Shown piece after piece: positions 13,378 to 26,454 of a stretch of DNA of 64,000 nucleotides; the first letter of the stretch is position 1, and the number at the start of each line of letters is the position of its first letter. The position numbers and the translations under genes were made by a program. The notes beneath the pieces were generated by a model. The model was given only the letters and a program-made list of their open reading frames with translations. It was not told the origin of the DNA and did not search any database. Source of the DNA: Amoebophrya sp. A120 (Eukaryota; Protista; Dinoflagellata); assembly GCA_905178155.1 (NCBI GenBank), contig CAJINV010000001.1, positions 2,532,089 through 2,596,088 on the forward strand. The letters are read 5' to 3'.

Positions 13378-14390
13378 ACTGTTTGAAAATGTAAAAAACC
13401 TGTACCGAAAGAAAGCAACACCCACACGAAAATCAGTGACTACAGAAGCATTCCCTCTAACTGCGCTGTTAGAGAGTCACACAGCTAAGCACGTAGTGAC
13501 CTCAAGCCCTCTCGTTTGTCCTGCTAAAGACCGGATCCAGATCCTTCTAAGCGTTCGGGAAAGAAAAGAAAAAGCGTTCAACGCTGCTAGGATCTTCTTC
13601 AGGCCACCACAGTAACGGAAGTTTCATAGAACTTTGTCGTCCGCTAAGGACTAGACGTGCAAACTATGAGCGCACTGATGCCGAACTTCTCAGGCCAGAA
13701 CCTCACGTCCTGGTTCGCATTTCTCTGTATTCGAATGATCAGCGCATCATTTTTCCGTCGGTTCTGTATACAGAGAATCTAGCATTGATGTCGGGGTTAA
13801 CATAACGACACCGGAAATCTATCGTCGTCTAGTGCAGCGAGGCCAGTTGGGAACGTAGAATGATAGCAGTAGGGACCGAGAACAAGGCCAGCTTGGATCC
13901 TAGTCAATGTCGAACAGATGCGAACCTCACACGGCTATCGATGCTGGAGCACCAAAAGTGGGAAAGAGTGTTGCACTGCACCCACAGACTGCATTGCGCG
14001 CGCAGTAGACGCGTCAACTACACAAATAAATTCGAAAACCCTAGAGCGCCGCTCCTGGAGTGATTTTCATTTATTGTCCTCACGAAGCCTGCTCGCGAGC
14101 GCAGCCAGAGTGCCTGGCAGTTGTCCTGAGGAATTTCTCCCCTGACCTTGTTCACGACCGCCAGAGTATACAACTTCAAACCCAAAGAACTCTCCGCCGA
14201 TGGAAACGCAGTGCCTGGTATCATCTTCCCAAGTGAAGTCCTCAGCCGCAAAAAAAAAGCTACCAAATGCGGGCCCATCCCCCAACTTCCTCGCCCCGTC
14301 GGAACCGCACTGCCCGTGTTGGGAGAATTCGTTGCTGGTGCCGTTATATTCCGTACAAGAGCCTAGCTGCGCTCCGCCAATCCCTCCTCG

Positions 14391-16214
14391 CTACTGCGCT
14401 TTCTTCATCCGGTCAAACGCCGTCGTGCTGTGGACCACCTCGTCGTCCTCAAATAGCGCTTTTATCGTCTGTTTGAGCAGAAAGCCGAACACCACCAGTA
14501 CCACCGCCAGAGCGAACGCCACCAGAAACATCGCGATCGTGAAGCTGACCACCGGGAAGCCCGGCTTCGGGCCTTGCTTTCTCTTCTTCTTCGGAAACCC
14601 GCTGTCCATCTTCATATTTGCCATTAAATCCAACTCCCCGTCGTCGTACGAGTAGTACTGCGCCAACTCCTGATAAACGCCGCAAATTCTCAGAACCTCC
14701 CGCAAATGAAACCAGATCGTGCTAAGCCGGTTCCGGTCCTGCTTCATCACGAACGGCCACCTCTTGTCGAGGAAGTCGAACAGATCGGCGGACCGGTTGG
14801 ACCCCTTTTCCTGCACGGGGAGGGCGGAGACCAGTTGGTCAAGGGTGAAAAGATCCTTGTCCTCGTACCAGCTATTGAAATTATCCGTTATCAACCACAG
14901 CCGGGGCAGGTCGGCCTCAAAAATGTTCATCGGGGCCAGGCTCTTCGCGAACTCGTTGCCGTTCAAAACCCCCAGGAGAACCCCGCTCTCCCGGAAAACT
15001 TCGCCGAGGCGCCGGCTGTGAGAGAGGTTTACAACAGAGTACTTAATCTATGAAAATCTCTTCTCCGGGACTGCTCGTATCTATTGGAAATCAATGATGT
15101 TTGTTAGTTCATGCTTAACTCAAATTTCTTCGAACAGCCCGACCCAAACAAGTTAGAGTCGGTATTCCATCATCAAACATTGTAACCAAATCACTCAGTA
15201 CGCGGCCACAATGGTTCGCTCGTCCTCGAACTTAGCCTCCGGGAGTACATACAGCAAAACCGGTCGCCCGGCGCGGACGAATTGCGCGAAAAACTCGTTT
15301 GTGACGTTCCACACGCCCGGGTATTTATTCACCGCCACCCAGTCCTGCAGCGGTACATTGTCTGGTTTCCGAGAACTAATCGCGTCCGAGTACATGCCGC
15401 GCATCCGGTACACGTTTTTGTATAAATTTTGCATGCCCGCCATGCTGTAAAACCCGGGTTCCGGCATCCAACGGTTCTTTTCATTCTGAGCCACCCGCGC
15501 GAACTGGTGGCGGTCGCGCAGATCCCGCGCCACGCGCTCGAACTGCAGGGGAACCGGCTTCGGGCCCACGTACACAAACCAGCTCTCGTGCTCCGTGGTG
15601 GAGTCCACGCCGCCCGTGGGATTTTTGCCGTGGTAGTCGAAGAGGTCGTTCTCGCTCTTCAAATCCCGAACGAGCGGCCGCCGCGTCATCCGGTCGGCGA
15701 ACGCACGGAACGCCTCGGCGGTGCGCGGCCCGCTGTAGGGCCGCCAATTGATCGTCGTGGTGGTCGTCGCGTTTGAGGTTGTGTTGCTGGCGCCAGCAGC
15801 TCCCTGCATCTCGATCTCATCCCGGTAGTAGATCGCGGGGTAGCCCTGCACCTGAAACAGCCGCGGCAGCGTCTTGTCGTCCGTGCAGTCTGCGTGAAGA
15901 AACGTGACTTCTTCCAATTTGTCCTGCTGCGTATTTTTACTCCCATTTCGCGCCGGCGGAAGCTCTGCCGCCTTTTGGAAGTGGGGAAAGGTTCGCTTGC
16001 AGATACCGCACCAGTTTACGTGCAGCATCAGGAAGTACGGCTGGTCGGCCTTGACAACGGCATCGAGGCCTTCTGCGGTCACCTCCAGCAACTTGTGTGC
16101 GGGGCTGTCTACTGGGAGGTCGGAAGCTGCGCCAGCACGCGATCCCACCGCGATAATGCAGGCGAGGAAAAGAACGGTGCGGGAAGCGACGAATGAAAAT
16201 GAATACGCCGCCAT
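14391..16214 (-). CDS. TMX3-like membrane-anchored thioredoxin / protein disulfide isomerase
   Basis: Signal peptide, WCGIC thioredoxin site, VQGYPAI motif, further Trx-like regions, C-terminal TM helix and KKxx ER-retrieval end (RMKKAQ). One GT-AG intron at 15016-15201. Confidence 0.85.
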
Positions 16215-17004
16215 TTTTTTCTCTGGTGCAAGTTGTAGGCCACGAATTTTGCCAATGCTCCGTCCCAATGAATGATCGTGGCTCCTGCTAACCGTAACCA
16301 GAACTTAGAGTTGGATCTTTTCTGTCACGCAGCGCAAAAAAAATTCTGCGCTCTGGTGGTTAAAAAAACTTTAAATTTCTTTTTCGGACCGCAGCGATCA
16401 AGCGGACTATGGAAACGTGAACAACAAGTCCGGATTGCGCCTTTCCCAGGCGGGGCGGGTTTGCTCATAAAGATGAACCGGCAGTGATTCCATATGCGTC
16501 TACTTCACGGCAAACATACAAACAAACAACGCTGCTACGTCGACTTCGCTGCGTGGTCCCTTGGCTCTCACATGTGGCAAAATGGGAAACGTTTTATGTG
16601 GCAGTTGCAGTCGTGCAAAGGACTACAAAAAAGCATTTTCCGTGGGTGTAACCAAAAAAATGGATGTATCTCAGGATGCAAATATCTCCTCTACATGTAC
16701 AGCAGCGACTACGTATTAAGTGGCTTCAGTAGTTTCATTTTGTGCTGCAGAAAAGAACGAGCTTCGACATCTACCTACCATACCACCATAGCAAGGAGGG
16801 CAGTCCGCTACTTTTGAAAGTGTAAACAAAAACTAAGAACATACCTGACATAAAGATAAAAGGCATCACAGTCCAGCTGATCATTAATTATGCAACAAGA
16901 ACGAACAACAGCGGCATAGATATCATATCGAACAGTTTTTCAATAATCGATGCCCTTTAGTACTACGGTACACCGTACATGCTCAACTTCAACCCCCTCT
17001 TGCT

Positions 17005-19306
17005 TCAAAAAGCTGCTCTCGGACTGAGATGCGCGGGCCGCATCACCTCGGAAATGCAGCTTCGAATGGCTTTATTGCGCCGCTCAACGTCTTTGTAACG
17101 TTCCACGACAACGTCCTGCGCGACCCGGCAACCGCGAAGTCTCGCCTGCAAGTCAATGTTCTCCTTCTGTGCCTGTGCCAGCAGAGCTCGAGTCCTGCAT
17201 AGAAGGTTGACGTAAAAATTCACATTCAAATGATAAGTTAGTGGCTCGTTTGTTTCAAACAATGAGCATGCCACAAGGAACGAAGGTCCTTGTCTCCTTC
17301 TAAAAAGCAGTGGAGTAGCAAGAATACTTGTGTATCTCGCTTGTCAGCGCTCGCATGGCTGCAATTTCGCTTTTCAGCGTCCGGTCCACCGCATCGTAGT
17401 CAGTTCGAAGCTGCGAAACTTCTGCGCCTAGCGCCCCATTGTGTCTCTGGAGCCCCAGCAATGTGTTCTCCAGAACCTGAAAAGAGAAGCAGAGAAGACT
17501 GATCGAGAACCGCCTCATGTTCCAAAGTCGCCAAGGGAAAAAAATCGCAAAAAACGCCGGGAGTTTTAACATCGCAAAACCAAACCACGGCAAACCTTAA
17601 CGTCGCTGGACTTGTCGCCAAACCTCGCGTTCACCTGCTTGCTCTGTATTGTGTCGGCCTGCGTTTCATGCATTGCAAATATGTCTGGATCTAGATCTGA
17701 CGAGTTGTCAGCGATGCTATGCATGAGTGACAATTATCTGTATCTGACCGCAGTAAACGCATAACAAATTTATTCTGAATCTGATCGCGTTCTTGCATAA
17801 CGACGTGGCAGCCAGTGCCATTCCAGAGTTCAGGGATATCCCTACCCAAGTCTGGCAATTTTCCAGACCCCGATGTATTTGCATTTGATACGTTTTGATT
17901 CGTATGTTCTCGCCCTTTCGCGACAGAATGCCCTCCTTCCGCCGCAGCTCGGCCACGTGCTTGGCGAGCCTCTCTTTCCGCTTTTTCGTCAAACTCAATT
18001 GGGCCGTCACTGTGATATTAGGTTTTGCAGTGGAAAAGGGCCCTGACTTTGGCAAGTGGGTTTATTCTCGATTTTTCGTCTTTTCAGGAACGAAGAGGAT
18101 AAAGATTAACAACAACAAGCATCGTCGTCTAAAACGAAGTCCTCCCAATAAAGTACTTTCTTTCGCGTACTGCACCACATTGTTTTGGTCCAACTTCGTC
18201 TCGTCGCGCGTGAGGAACAGCGAAAATTCTTCCTTCCCCCGTGCCGTGTGCAGGGGCGACCGCGGCGGGCTGCTGCTCGTTTTCGATCGGGACTGACGCG
18301 AGGAGTCATGGTGGGCAGGCCACTAGCCCCCGGACGGTGTTTGGGATATGTTTTAAAAATTGCGAAATTTATTGCACCAAAAAAAAAACGATCGGGGCCC
18401 AGAATGTGGGCGGACGGTTCACTACCCCTTTCGGGGTCGCGGCTTGCATCGTCCGCGCTTTGCAGGTAAGATCGGACGCCCGCCCGATTTTCCCTTGCGT
18501 ATAATTTTTCGCCCTGGGTTGGAGCGCTCTGTTCCGCTGTGCAAATCGGTGACACTTCAACTGCGACACAGAAGCTGGCAAACGGGCCAGTAAGTAATTA
18601 CCGAGACGGCGCGAGAACTCAGCAGATGGCACAGCATCAACTTATTCAGACCCCAGGGCCCCGGTGCACACTGACATCGGCGCAGCAGAGTTGCTTTTCA
18701 CATATTTTTCCGAGAACATGCTGCAGAAAGTACCCGAAGAATGTCATTTCTATTTAGAAACGGGATCACTTGGGTACATTATCTGGGTACATTATTTTGG
18801 TACATTATTTCGGCGCATTATTTGGGCACATTTTTTCGGCACATTTTTCCGGCACATTTTTTCGCTGCTTCTTGATTTTGGCGCAAGCGCGGGCACGTGG
18901 CAAGGCGATCGCGCGCTTTTTATTATGATACGGCCAACGAGGCCGCCACACTGTACGTAGCACACAGAAACTGCGCTGCCGAGGGATTGGGCGCGCTGGG
19001 GAGCGGCGCCTGGTCTCCAACCGAACAAACACAGGAATCTCCGCTGCGGAGGTGCAGGCGCCGTTATCCGCGTCCTGTTGTCGAAAGCGCTCCACTTCGT
19101 CCAGTTTCCGGCAGCAGACGCAATTTTTTAAATTTTAAAAAAAAAAGTAATGCAAAGTTGCAATTTTCTACGGACATCTCGGGACCGTCCGGGGGCTAGT
19201 GGCTTGCCCGTCCTGACGAGGAGGTGGGGTGGAGCACACTGCGAGGCGAAGGCAATAGGGTTGCGCTAATCCGCGAGGGCGGACGAAAGGTCGGGGAGGT
19301 TGGCAT
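17005..19306 (-). CDS. multi-exon coiled-coil hypothetical protein
   Basis: In-frame exon pieces KRKERLAKHVAELRRKEG..IKT|QADTIQSK, VLENTLLGLQRHNGALGAEVSQLRTDY and RALLAQAQKENIDLQARL..; the 5' exon MPTSPTFRPP.. joins across the 18313-19209 element. Some boundaries are tentative. Confidence 0.55.
17667..17890. mobile_element. introner element (same family as 10822)
   Basis: Ends CATGCATTGCAAATATGTCTGG / CCAGACCCCGATGTATTTGCATTTGATA with a CGTTT direct repeat; removal restores IKT-QADT. Confidence 0.88.
18313..19209. mobile_element. 897-bp MITE-like TIR element, probably intronic
   Basis: 26-bp TIR GGGCA(G/A)GCCACTAGCCCCCGGACGGT with one mismatch plus weaker subterminal similarity; no transposase; internal minisatellite. 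Confidence 0.8.
18771..18861. repeat. 13-bp degenerate minisatellite, 7 units (consensus ~TGGGYACATTWTT)
   Basis: tgggtacattatc/tgggtacattatt/ttggtacattatt/tcggcgcattatt/tgggcacattttt/tcggcacattttt/ccggcacattttt. Confidence 0.9.
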
Positions 19307-19601
19307 GTCTTTTTTATTGAGGGCGAGTGTTTAAAACCTAAAAAAATGATAAAACCGCACTGGTGTTGACCCGGATCCTATCATCCACGCCCTTTTTACC
19401 TTGCAGGTGTGCAACATCAGAAACAAAACCTTCTCTCTTTCGCTCCTCGGTTAACGAGTCTGTTGCAGCGGACCAACGAAAAGTCCCTCGACTCCTTGCA
19501 ACTCGAAGAACCTTGCGTCCTCCACACATCGTGAGAAAAAACCTGCACACCTTTTCGCTCCGACTGTGATATCACGGCCCCGGCCGAGATTAACCACCCC
19601 A

Positions 19602-22491
19602 TTACTTACAGATCCAAACATCCAACGTAACCGGAAGAACAAAAAGCGCGCACGAAAAACAAAGATTTGTGTATACAAGCGCTCTATCGAGAAAACGCTG
19701 TTCGCATTCTCCTGCTGTCGTTCTGCTTGCAGAGGACTTTCCCTTTCCATCCTCTTCAATAAAATCGCCGAAAGGTGCAGCTGCATTCCCTTCCGAAAAT
19801 TTCTTCAAAAAGGCATTCAAAGCGGCTGGATCGTTGATCTGCGGATATCGTTTGTTCACTCCCGCCTCTTCACGATTTGGCTCTTCTTGGAGAATATTTC
19901 CACGACTGGAATTCTGTGCCCGCAACGAAGCAGACGCGCCAGTTCTTCCATTTCCAAAAAACTCCTCTTCCCCAAAACCTCGCTCCTCCTTCTTCTCACT
20001 CTCCTGCGCACCACCTTTCTTTGGATCGTACCTCCACGCATGCCGCACTAGCACCGCGAGCAACGTCCAAAAGAGAATGGCCACGCGCGGGTAGTTATGC
20101 ATTGCAAATATGTCTGGGTCTGCAAGGTTGGAACTTGCAATGCTGGCTCTCCATATCTAGGACATCTGTATCCCATACCCAACAAAAGTCGCAGCCTCTT
20201 TTGTATATGCAAACACGCAGCTTCTCATGCGGATTGCCTATGAGAAAGCGTTCTCGAAAGTGGTCATGCTAGACTGCATTCAGATCTGTTTTCATCGTCC
20301 ACATCTTAGCGTCACAAGTTTCCAGACCCAGACATATTTGCATTTGATAGTAATTCCCGAAGTGCGTCCACCAAGAGACGTAACCTGGCGGTTTCCGGCT
20401 GACGTTCCGCGCAATGTTGCTACCCCCATCTCCAAGGACGCAGTGGCGGAAAACAGTGTCTCGGAGGACCGCAATGGGAAACTGGAGGAGCAGGGACCTG
20501 GCGGATGTCTTCACGTGCGCACCAAGGAAGGGTGGCACTTTCCGGTCGTAGAGAAGCTGCACTTCAACTTTCGATAATGCTGAAACAGGCTTTGATATTT
20601 CTCTTTGCTGACTTGTGCTGGACCAAGCCGCATCTTTTGGTCGTCCTTCATTTTCTTCGCTGTTGTACAACAAATCGGAAGTCGCAAGAGAAAAGAGCGG
20701 GATTGTTTCGCGTGAAATCAAACACAAGGCGAAGATCTCACCGGTGTTAGTAGCCGCAACAACGACGCGCCGGTTCGTCGGCAAGTGCACCATGGAAGTT
20801 ATTGAGTATCCCGGGATAGTCGCCGGGAAAAGCAGCTTGCTCCGTCTGTCGCCGGTGTTCCTCCTCGAAAAGCTGGCGTGGAGCTGTGCTTGCTGTGGCG
20901 CAAACGTGAATTGCTCCACGACCGCGCAAGTACGGTCTTGGAACATGTTCCTTCGCGCCGTTGTTCCAACGGTCTGGTGGTCGTCCGGCGAGGACACCTT
21001 TTCCCGCAATCTCAGCACTGCAATCCGCGTGGTATTCTCGAACCCGACGAAGACACGAGTGCCGTCGGAGTGGGCGGCGACGGTGCTGATCGCACCGGCC
21101 GGCAAATTGCACGGCTTCGCCTGCCACTCCGTCGCGAAGGAACCGTAGAGGCCGACCTGGTGCTTGGTGTAAAAAATTGCGTTGCTACCGGGCGGGGTCT
21201 CGATTTTGAAAACAGATTCGGGAAACAAGCGAACGTCTTGCACAATCGCGCCGTCGCGACGGTTCTGGATTCGAAGGGCGCCAGGGACGAACTGTGAAGT
21301 GTTTCTCGCAGGACTGATTGCTGCTCGAAGTCCGGTGAATAGAAAACGGCTGTCCTGACTGAATCTGATCTCCTGTGTAGACTCTGCATTGATGGTGTTC
21401 TGCAGAAATCCTACCTCGTTACCGTTTGTACAGTTGCTCCTACTTTCAAGTTGTACCAAAGCGCCACCTGCGTCGAAGCTGCTACTGCACTTTTCTAGGC
21501 CGACGGCCCCGCCGCTTTGATTTTCCTTTTCCAATTGCAGCAAGTAATCCGTCAGATTGAGTCGGCGGCCCAGTCTACTACGATGGCTTCTTCTCGGGGG
21601 GACAGAGGGAGCGAAATGTGGTTCACTTCCTGAGCTCGATATCGCATGCTTTATTCCGAACAAATCTTTTTTCGTGGGGACAATCTGAGCCGTTCCAAAC
21701 CGCACGACAAGCTGTTCGACTGGGAGTTTGACACTTACCAAGACAGGGACGATAACGATACTGCCGTCTACAGTTTCATACGCCAGCAACTTGTCCTCGT
21801 TCTGCGAACCTGTAACGTCGAACGGCCCAGCGGGCCAGAGGCGCCGCGGCAGAGGCTCGGCTACTGGCAAGGCAGTTTCAACATCATCTGCAGGTAGTAT
21901 TTCCGCCTGTATGATCCGGAGTTCGTCCGCTGTTATGCCAAGTTCGTCTTTGTTAAAAGAATTCTCACAAGAACCAGCAGGAGCACTGCGATCCTCACTT
22001 GAACATGTGGCGTTTGAAGTGAAAACCTGTCGCGATGACCTGCTAGTACGAGCATCCTCTTCTTGTTCTTTTGGTGGTAAAGCAAGCCTCGTTCCATCCC
22101 ACGAACCGAGAACTCTTCCGTTGTCTGGGTTCAAGACGTGAAAACTGTTTCTTTCCTTCCCAACCACTACGACCGACGGCACGCGCGCAGCACTTCTGCG
22201 AAGGACGAGAAGTCTCGCGGACTTTTCCAGCACGATGGTCTCTTTCACGGTCGCGGACAGAAAAATCTCCTTTTGCTCAGTGGTTGTACTATTCCCAGAT
22301 TGCGTTGAGGAACAATTCCGTGAATTCATCAGACCTGCACTGGATGTTGCGCTTTCTGCTTTCATTCGTTCCAGAATCTGCAGCGCCGTTTTGTGGTTCC
22401 AAATTGCCGTGCTCAGTGCGTCTTCGCTGCTGGCACAGATTCCGAAGACCGGCAGCAGAAAGAGGAAAAGAGAAACCGACAGAGGCTGCAT
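19602..22491 (-). CDS. signal-peptide, single-pass membrane protein with a probable beta-propeller-like ectodomain
   Basis: N-terminal MQPLSVSLFLFLLPVFGICAS. The 762-aa ORF joins HFGNY|PRVAILFWTLLAVLV (TM) across the introner at 20096-20349. 3' end uncertain. Confidence 0.75.
20096..20349. mobile_element. introner element (same family as 10822)
   Basis: TATGCATTGCAAATATGTCTGGGTCTG ... CAGACCCAGACATATTTGCATTTGATA; flanks GTAGT/GTAAT. Confidence 0.9.
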
Positions 22492-22812
22492 GTTGACTAC
22501 TGCTGTCATCAAGTACTGAGCGAGGGTTCTTGATTTTGCTTGCTCAGATCGATTCATCTCGTGAAGAAGTTATCAGATCGACCGGACGGCGATGCACCCA
22601 GTTCGGATGTCCGGTGGCTGGCTCTACTCAACTACAAATTGCGAACACTTGCAAAAAGAGGCTCGCTTCCGGCGTAGTTTCTGGCGCATTTCTACTTGCC
22701 GCATACATATCTCCAATAGAGGCAGCCTGCCTCATCCACGACTCTTATCTGTGCGAAACTGTGTGTGGGAAACCAACATCTGTGCGGGAAACCAAAACCA
22801 TAGACGCTGTCC

Positions 22813-25800
22813 TTACTTGTGTCTTGCATCCTCAACATCAATCACGGGTCCCTTCAACTGCAGCGCAAACGGCCCCTGGGAAAAGGGTGCCAGTGTGCGC
22901 TTATCGTACGGAATTCCCGGCGCCCGCATAGTCTGCAACATTTGACCCTTGTGATCCTGTAGCACCATCGTCCACCGGTTCTCTACTGGGTAGAAAATGT
23001 GGTCGGGAAATCTCACCCAAATACGCAAGACGTAACGCTCCTGGGCTTTGTAACTTCCCGTCGTGCCGGGAGCGCGGTGCAACTTGACGCGAATCTGCCG
23101 GCAATCAGGTCGTCCATTGGTCGCGCTACACTGCTGAGCATCTGGCGCGCCGACGACCGAGGCCCCCGGTGCTGACGCCTCTTGCTGCTTTTGCGTCTCA
23201 GTTGTTTCACCCTGCCGTTGTGCCTGAACAACCTCCGTCGCCGACGAGGCAATGGAGGCTGCCTTTATTTCCGCTCCAACGGTCGTCGTGCCGCTTCTGC
23301 TGACTCCACTTGCCGACTGCTGTTCTTGCACCGCACTGCTACTCGCCGACGCAGTAGAGGAACTAGAAGTAGAACTACTAGCACTACTGGTCGCTGCCTT
23401 CCCACCGCTATTTTTACAAAGCACCTCACACGGCACGTTGTTTTCATCCTCCCTCGTCGTGTCTTCTCCTTCGGGTAGCGATGCCCAGCCGTCCATGGAG
23501 AACACACAGGTTGACTGGCCCCACGTGGTGCTTTGGAACGAAAACCCGATCGGCGCCTCCACCACTACCTTCGCGGCCCCGGGGCTGCGCACGGAGAACA
23601 GTAAAACCGTTTCCACCCACTCGCCGCGCCGCGCGAAACGGTTGCCCAGCGGCGCCAGCAGGTGGCTGTACGGAAAAACGCGGAAATCGCCGCACGGGTG
23701 CATGTTGCACGACCGCTTCTCCCAAAACTTGTTGCAAACGTTCTGCGACGAGGACCCGTCCCGCAATCCGTCGGGAAAAAGCATCATCTTCGTCGCCTCC
23801 TCCAGATTCAGCTTCAACCCGTCTTTCCGCGAGGGCAGTCTGCGCTTGCTGCTGCCGCGCCACCCAAACACGTTTCGGCCCTCGAAACTTGTGAAGTCCT
23901 TTTGCTTCATGGGATAGTACCAGAACTGAAACGGGGTCTCTTCCTCGTCTCCACTGCACCAGTCGCTGCACTCCGACCAGGGAATCATCTCCCGCACCGG
24001 GCTGTTTGCCGGCTGGTCGCCGTTGGATAGCATAGAAGTGCCTGAAAGATCTCCTTCGTCTTCTTCGTAGATTTCCTCCGGAACTTCCTTGTCCGAGCAC
24101 GTGGTCGCTTTGGCCAAAATTCCGGCCTCTTCTGGAGCGTCGTAAAACTGCTGCGCGCGGTGCGGATCGCCCCGTCGTTCCACTTGCAATTCTAACGCAG
24201 AGCTACTGGTAGAAGACGTTCCGTCAAGTTTGCTATCGGCAAGACTCCGCCCCGCGGCCAGCACGGGCCGCCAGGTGTGCGCCGCTTGCGGCAGCGTCGC
24301 GCGCCGTAAGCTCTTCGTGTCCGCGACGGTGTCGCACACCGGCTTGCAGGGATTGAGGTTGCAGGCCGAGTACCGCACCCGCGAGCTGTCCTGGATCGGC
24401 GGGCAGGGGATGCCCCGGCCCTGGTTCGGCTGAACGATCTGCCGGCGCTCGATCAACATTCCGCCACCGCAGCTCGCACTGCAGTCGGCGCCGGGGTCCT
24501 TCTTCCACGGGCCCAGGCGGCAGTTCACGTCGCAGGGCGCGGCTCCGCAGTCGTCTTCGAATTTTATCATCGGTCCACTGTGGCAGTTCATTAAGTCCGT
24601 GCTGCCCAGGCTACCGGCGGTATCAAATGTAAAAATGTCTGGGTCTGGAAGAATGGAAGTTTGTCATGCTTGTCTGGCATGACTCTTAAATCTGTCATGC
24701 ACGTTACCCAAGAGCTCCGCTTTTCTGTGCTGCAGAGCCGCAGTTTGTCATGCAGAATAGGCAACACCTAGGAGCTTAGAAACTTGTCATGCTGAGCCAG
24801 CATTTGTAGCCTCATCATGACACGCCACCCAGCATGACAAGTTTCCAGACCCAGACATTTTTACATTTGATAGGCGGGCTCGTGGCGCAAACTGCGCTTG
24901 AACATCCGCCTCCCGCGGTTGCACCTCGCTGCGCACTGTGTGGTCGGCACCCAGTCCCCGTACACGCAGCCCCAGGGCGTGTGCGCCTTGAACGAAAGCG
25001 TTTCCGACCGATCGTGGCCGTACTGGATCTGCAGCTCGAAAGTCGCGTCCTTGAACATCAGTTTGCCATCGGGCGGAGAGAGCACCGATTCGAAAGACGG
25101 ACCGGAGGGCAGCATCAGGGAAGATTTGCTTTCGGACTGTTGTTCCGTCTCGCGGCTTGCTTCTGTAGCGGAGGAAGCTTTAATACCGCTCGACGCTGCA
25201 CTGATATTGTTATCGAGTAAGCTCGGGAGCCTTATCCTGGCCTTCACCGCGAGAGCGTAGAATTTCGTTGTGCTGTCCTTCTCGTTTGTTCCCTTGTCCG
25301 TCTCCCCGGTCCTCGAAGAGGAGTCTTTGCCCCCCTCCGCGCGGCCCAACAGCGGGGGCGCCTCGTCCGGGTCGGACCCCTTCGTTGCGTAGGTCCAGGT
25401 CCACACGCCCTCGGCCTCGGGCCAGGCGGGTTTGTCGGTTACGTCCGTAGGGATCGCGTTGGTTTTCGCCAGCACGACCGTATCCTTGTCCCGCCGTCGC
25501 AGGACCCAGCGTCCGTCGTCCTCGTAGAAAATGCCGAAAGGCCCGTCGTTAGCCTGCCTAAACTCGTACATCGGCGTCGCGGGGGGCTTTGTGTTCTTGT
25601 TCTCCGGAGCACCTGCTGCAGAAGTTGCAGTTCCCGGTGCGGGGGCGGCTTTGGCGCCCGCTTTCGCCGCGGCCGCCGCTGCTTCCTGGGTTTCCTTCGC
25701 GGAGGGAACGAAAACATAGTCACCTGCAGTAGCGGAGATGGATAGGGAAAATTCAAATCTCCTATGCGCAGTGCTGCTTCTAAGCGAATGCTGGTTGTGA

Positions 25801-26454
25801 TTCACCATGTATCGAGCATGGCAAAAAGGTATTGTAGTGACTCTTCCTACTTGTTACTTAAGTACCATTGACCCCCATCCGGTCCCAGCGATGCGCATAG
25901 ACATAGACTTTTGGTGGCACGTCACCGTCCTTCTCTCCCAAGGAAAATACAGCCACATTTCTGTTGTTCTCCGTTCTGATTTGACATGGCGTCTGCAATG
26001 GCGTCCCTTCGAAGTTCGTTAGCGTACAGCGGGCGCTGTCCTTCTGTCCTACCGGGTCCAACTGCAATCCGGGACACTGGCTGCTCCCCGCGGATGATGC
26101 CGACTGGACCGCCACGCATGGTGGCAAGACGAAGCGCACAACCGCACGCGAAGTGGTGCGCGCAGCGACGAAGTTCAACCGCAGGTAACCAGAAGAGGGG
26201 TCGGAGGTGTCCTTTTCATTAACGTATGCAGGAACGACTGAAAATTGTCCACCCGTCTCCTCCTCCTGTTTCTGCAATGCGTTGACGGGCTTTGGCGCGG
26301 ATTCCAAGGCAAGCGCATTCCCGGTTGCTTCCAATGCTCCCTTAATTTCGTCTGCCAGTTCATCGAGTGCGGCGTCGGCTCCAAAGTGCTGCCCCGAAGC
26401 GCCATCTGCTACGAAGGAGAGCAAAAACACGAGTGCAATAACGCGCGGCATCAT
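22813..26454 (-). CDS. secreted thrombospondin type-1 (TSP1) repeat protein
   Basis: Signal peptide MMPRVIALVFLLSFVADG and TSP1 motifs (CVYGDWVPTTQCAARCNRGRR, CRLGPW..CSASCGGG..RR..C, WSECSDWC..RSCNMHPC). GT-AG intron ~25724-25865 and introner 24621-24872. A short further 3' exon beyond the GTAAG at ~22816 is possible. Confidence 0.85.
24621..24872. mobile_element. introner element with perfect 30-bp TIR (young copy)
   Basis: TATCAAATGTAAAAATGTCTGGGTCTGGAA perfectly inverted at both ends; GGCGG direct repeat; removal restores HEPA-GSLG. Confidence 0.95.

Noticed and set aside
15016-15201. Weak terminal complementarity in the thioredoxin intron
   Set aside because: The intron has ordinary GT-AG ends, no TAT/ATA termini and no 5-bp repeat; at most a relic.
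18771-18861. Possible CRISPR-like array
   Set aside because: Contiguous 13-bp units with no spacers, no cas genes, and a eukaryotic context.
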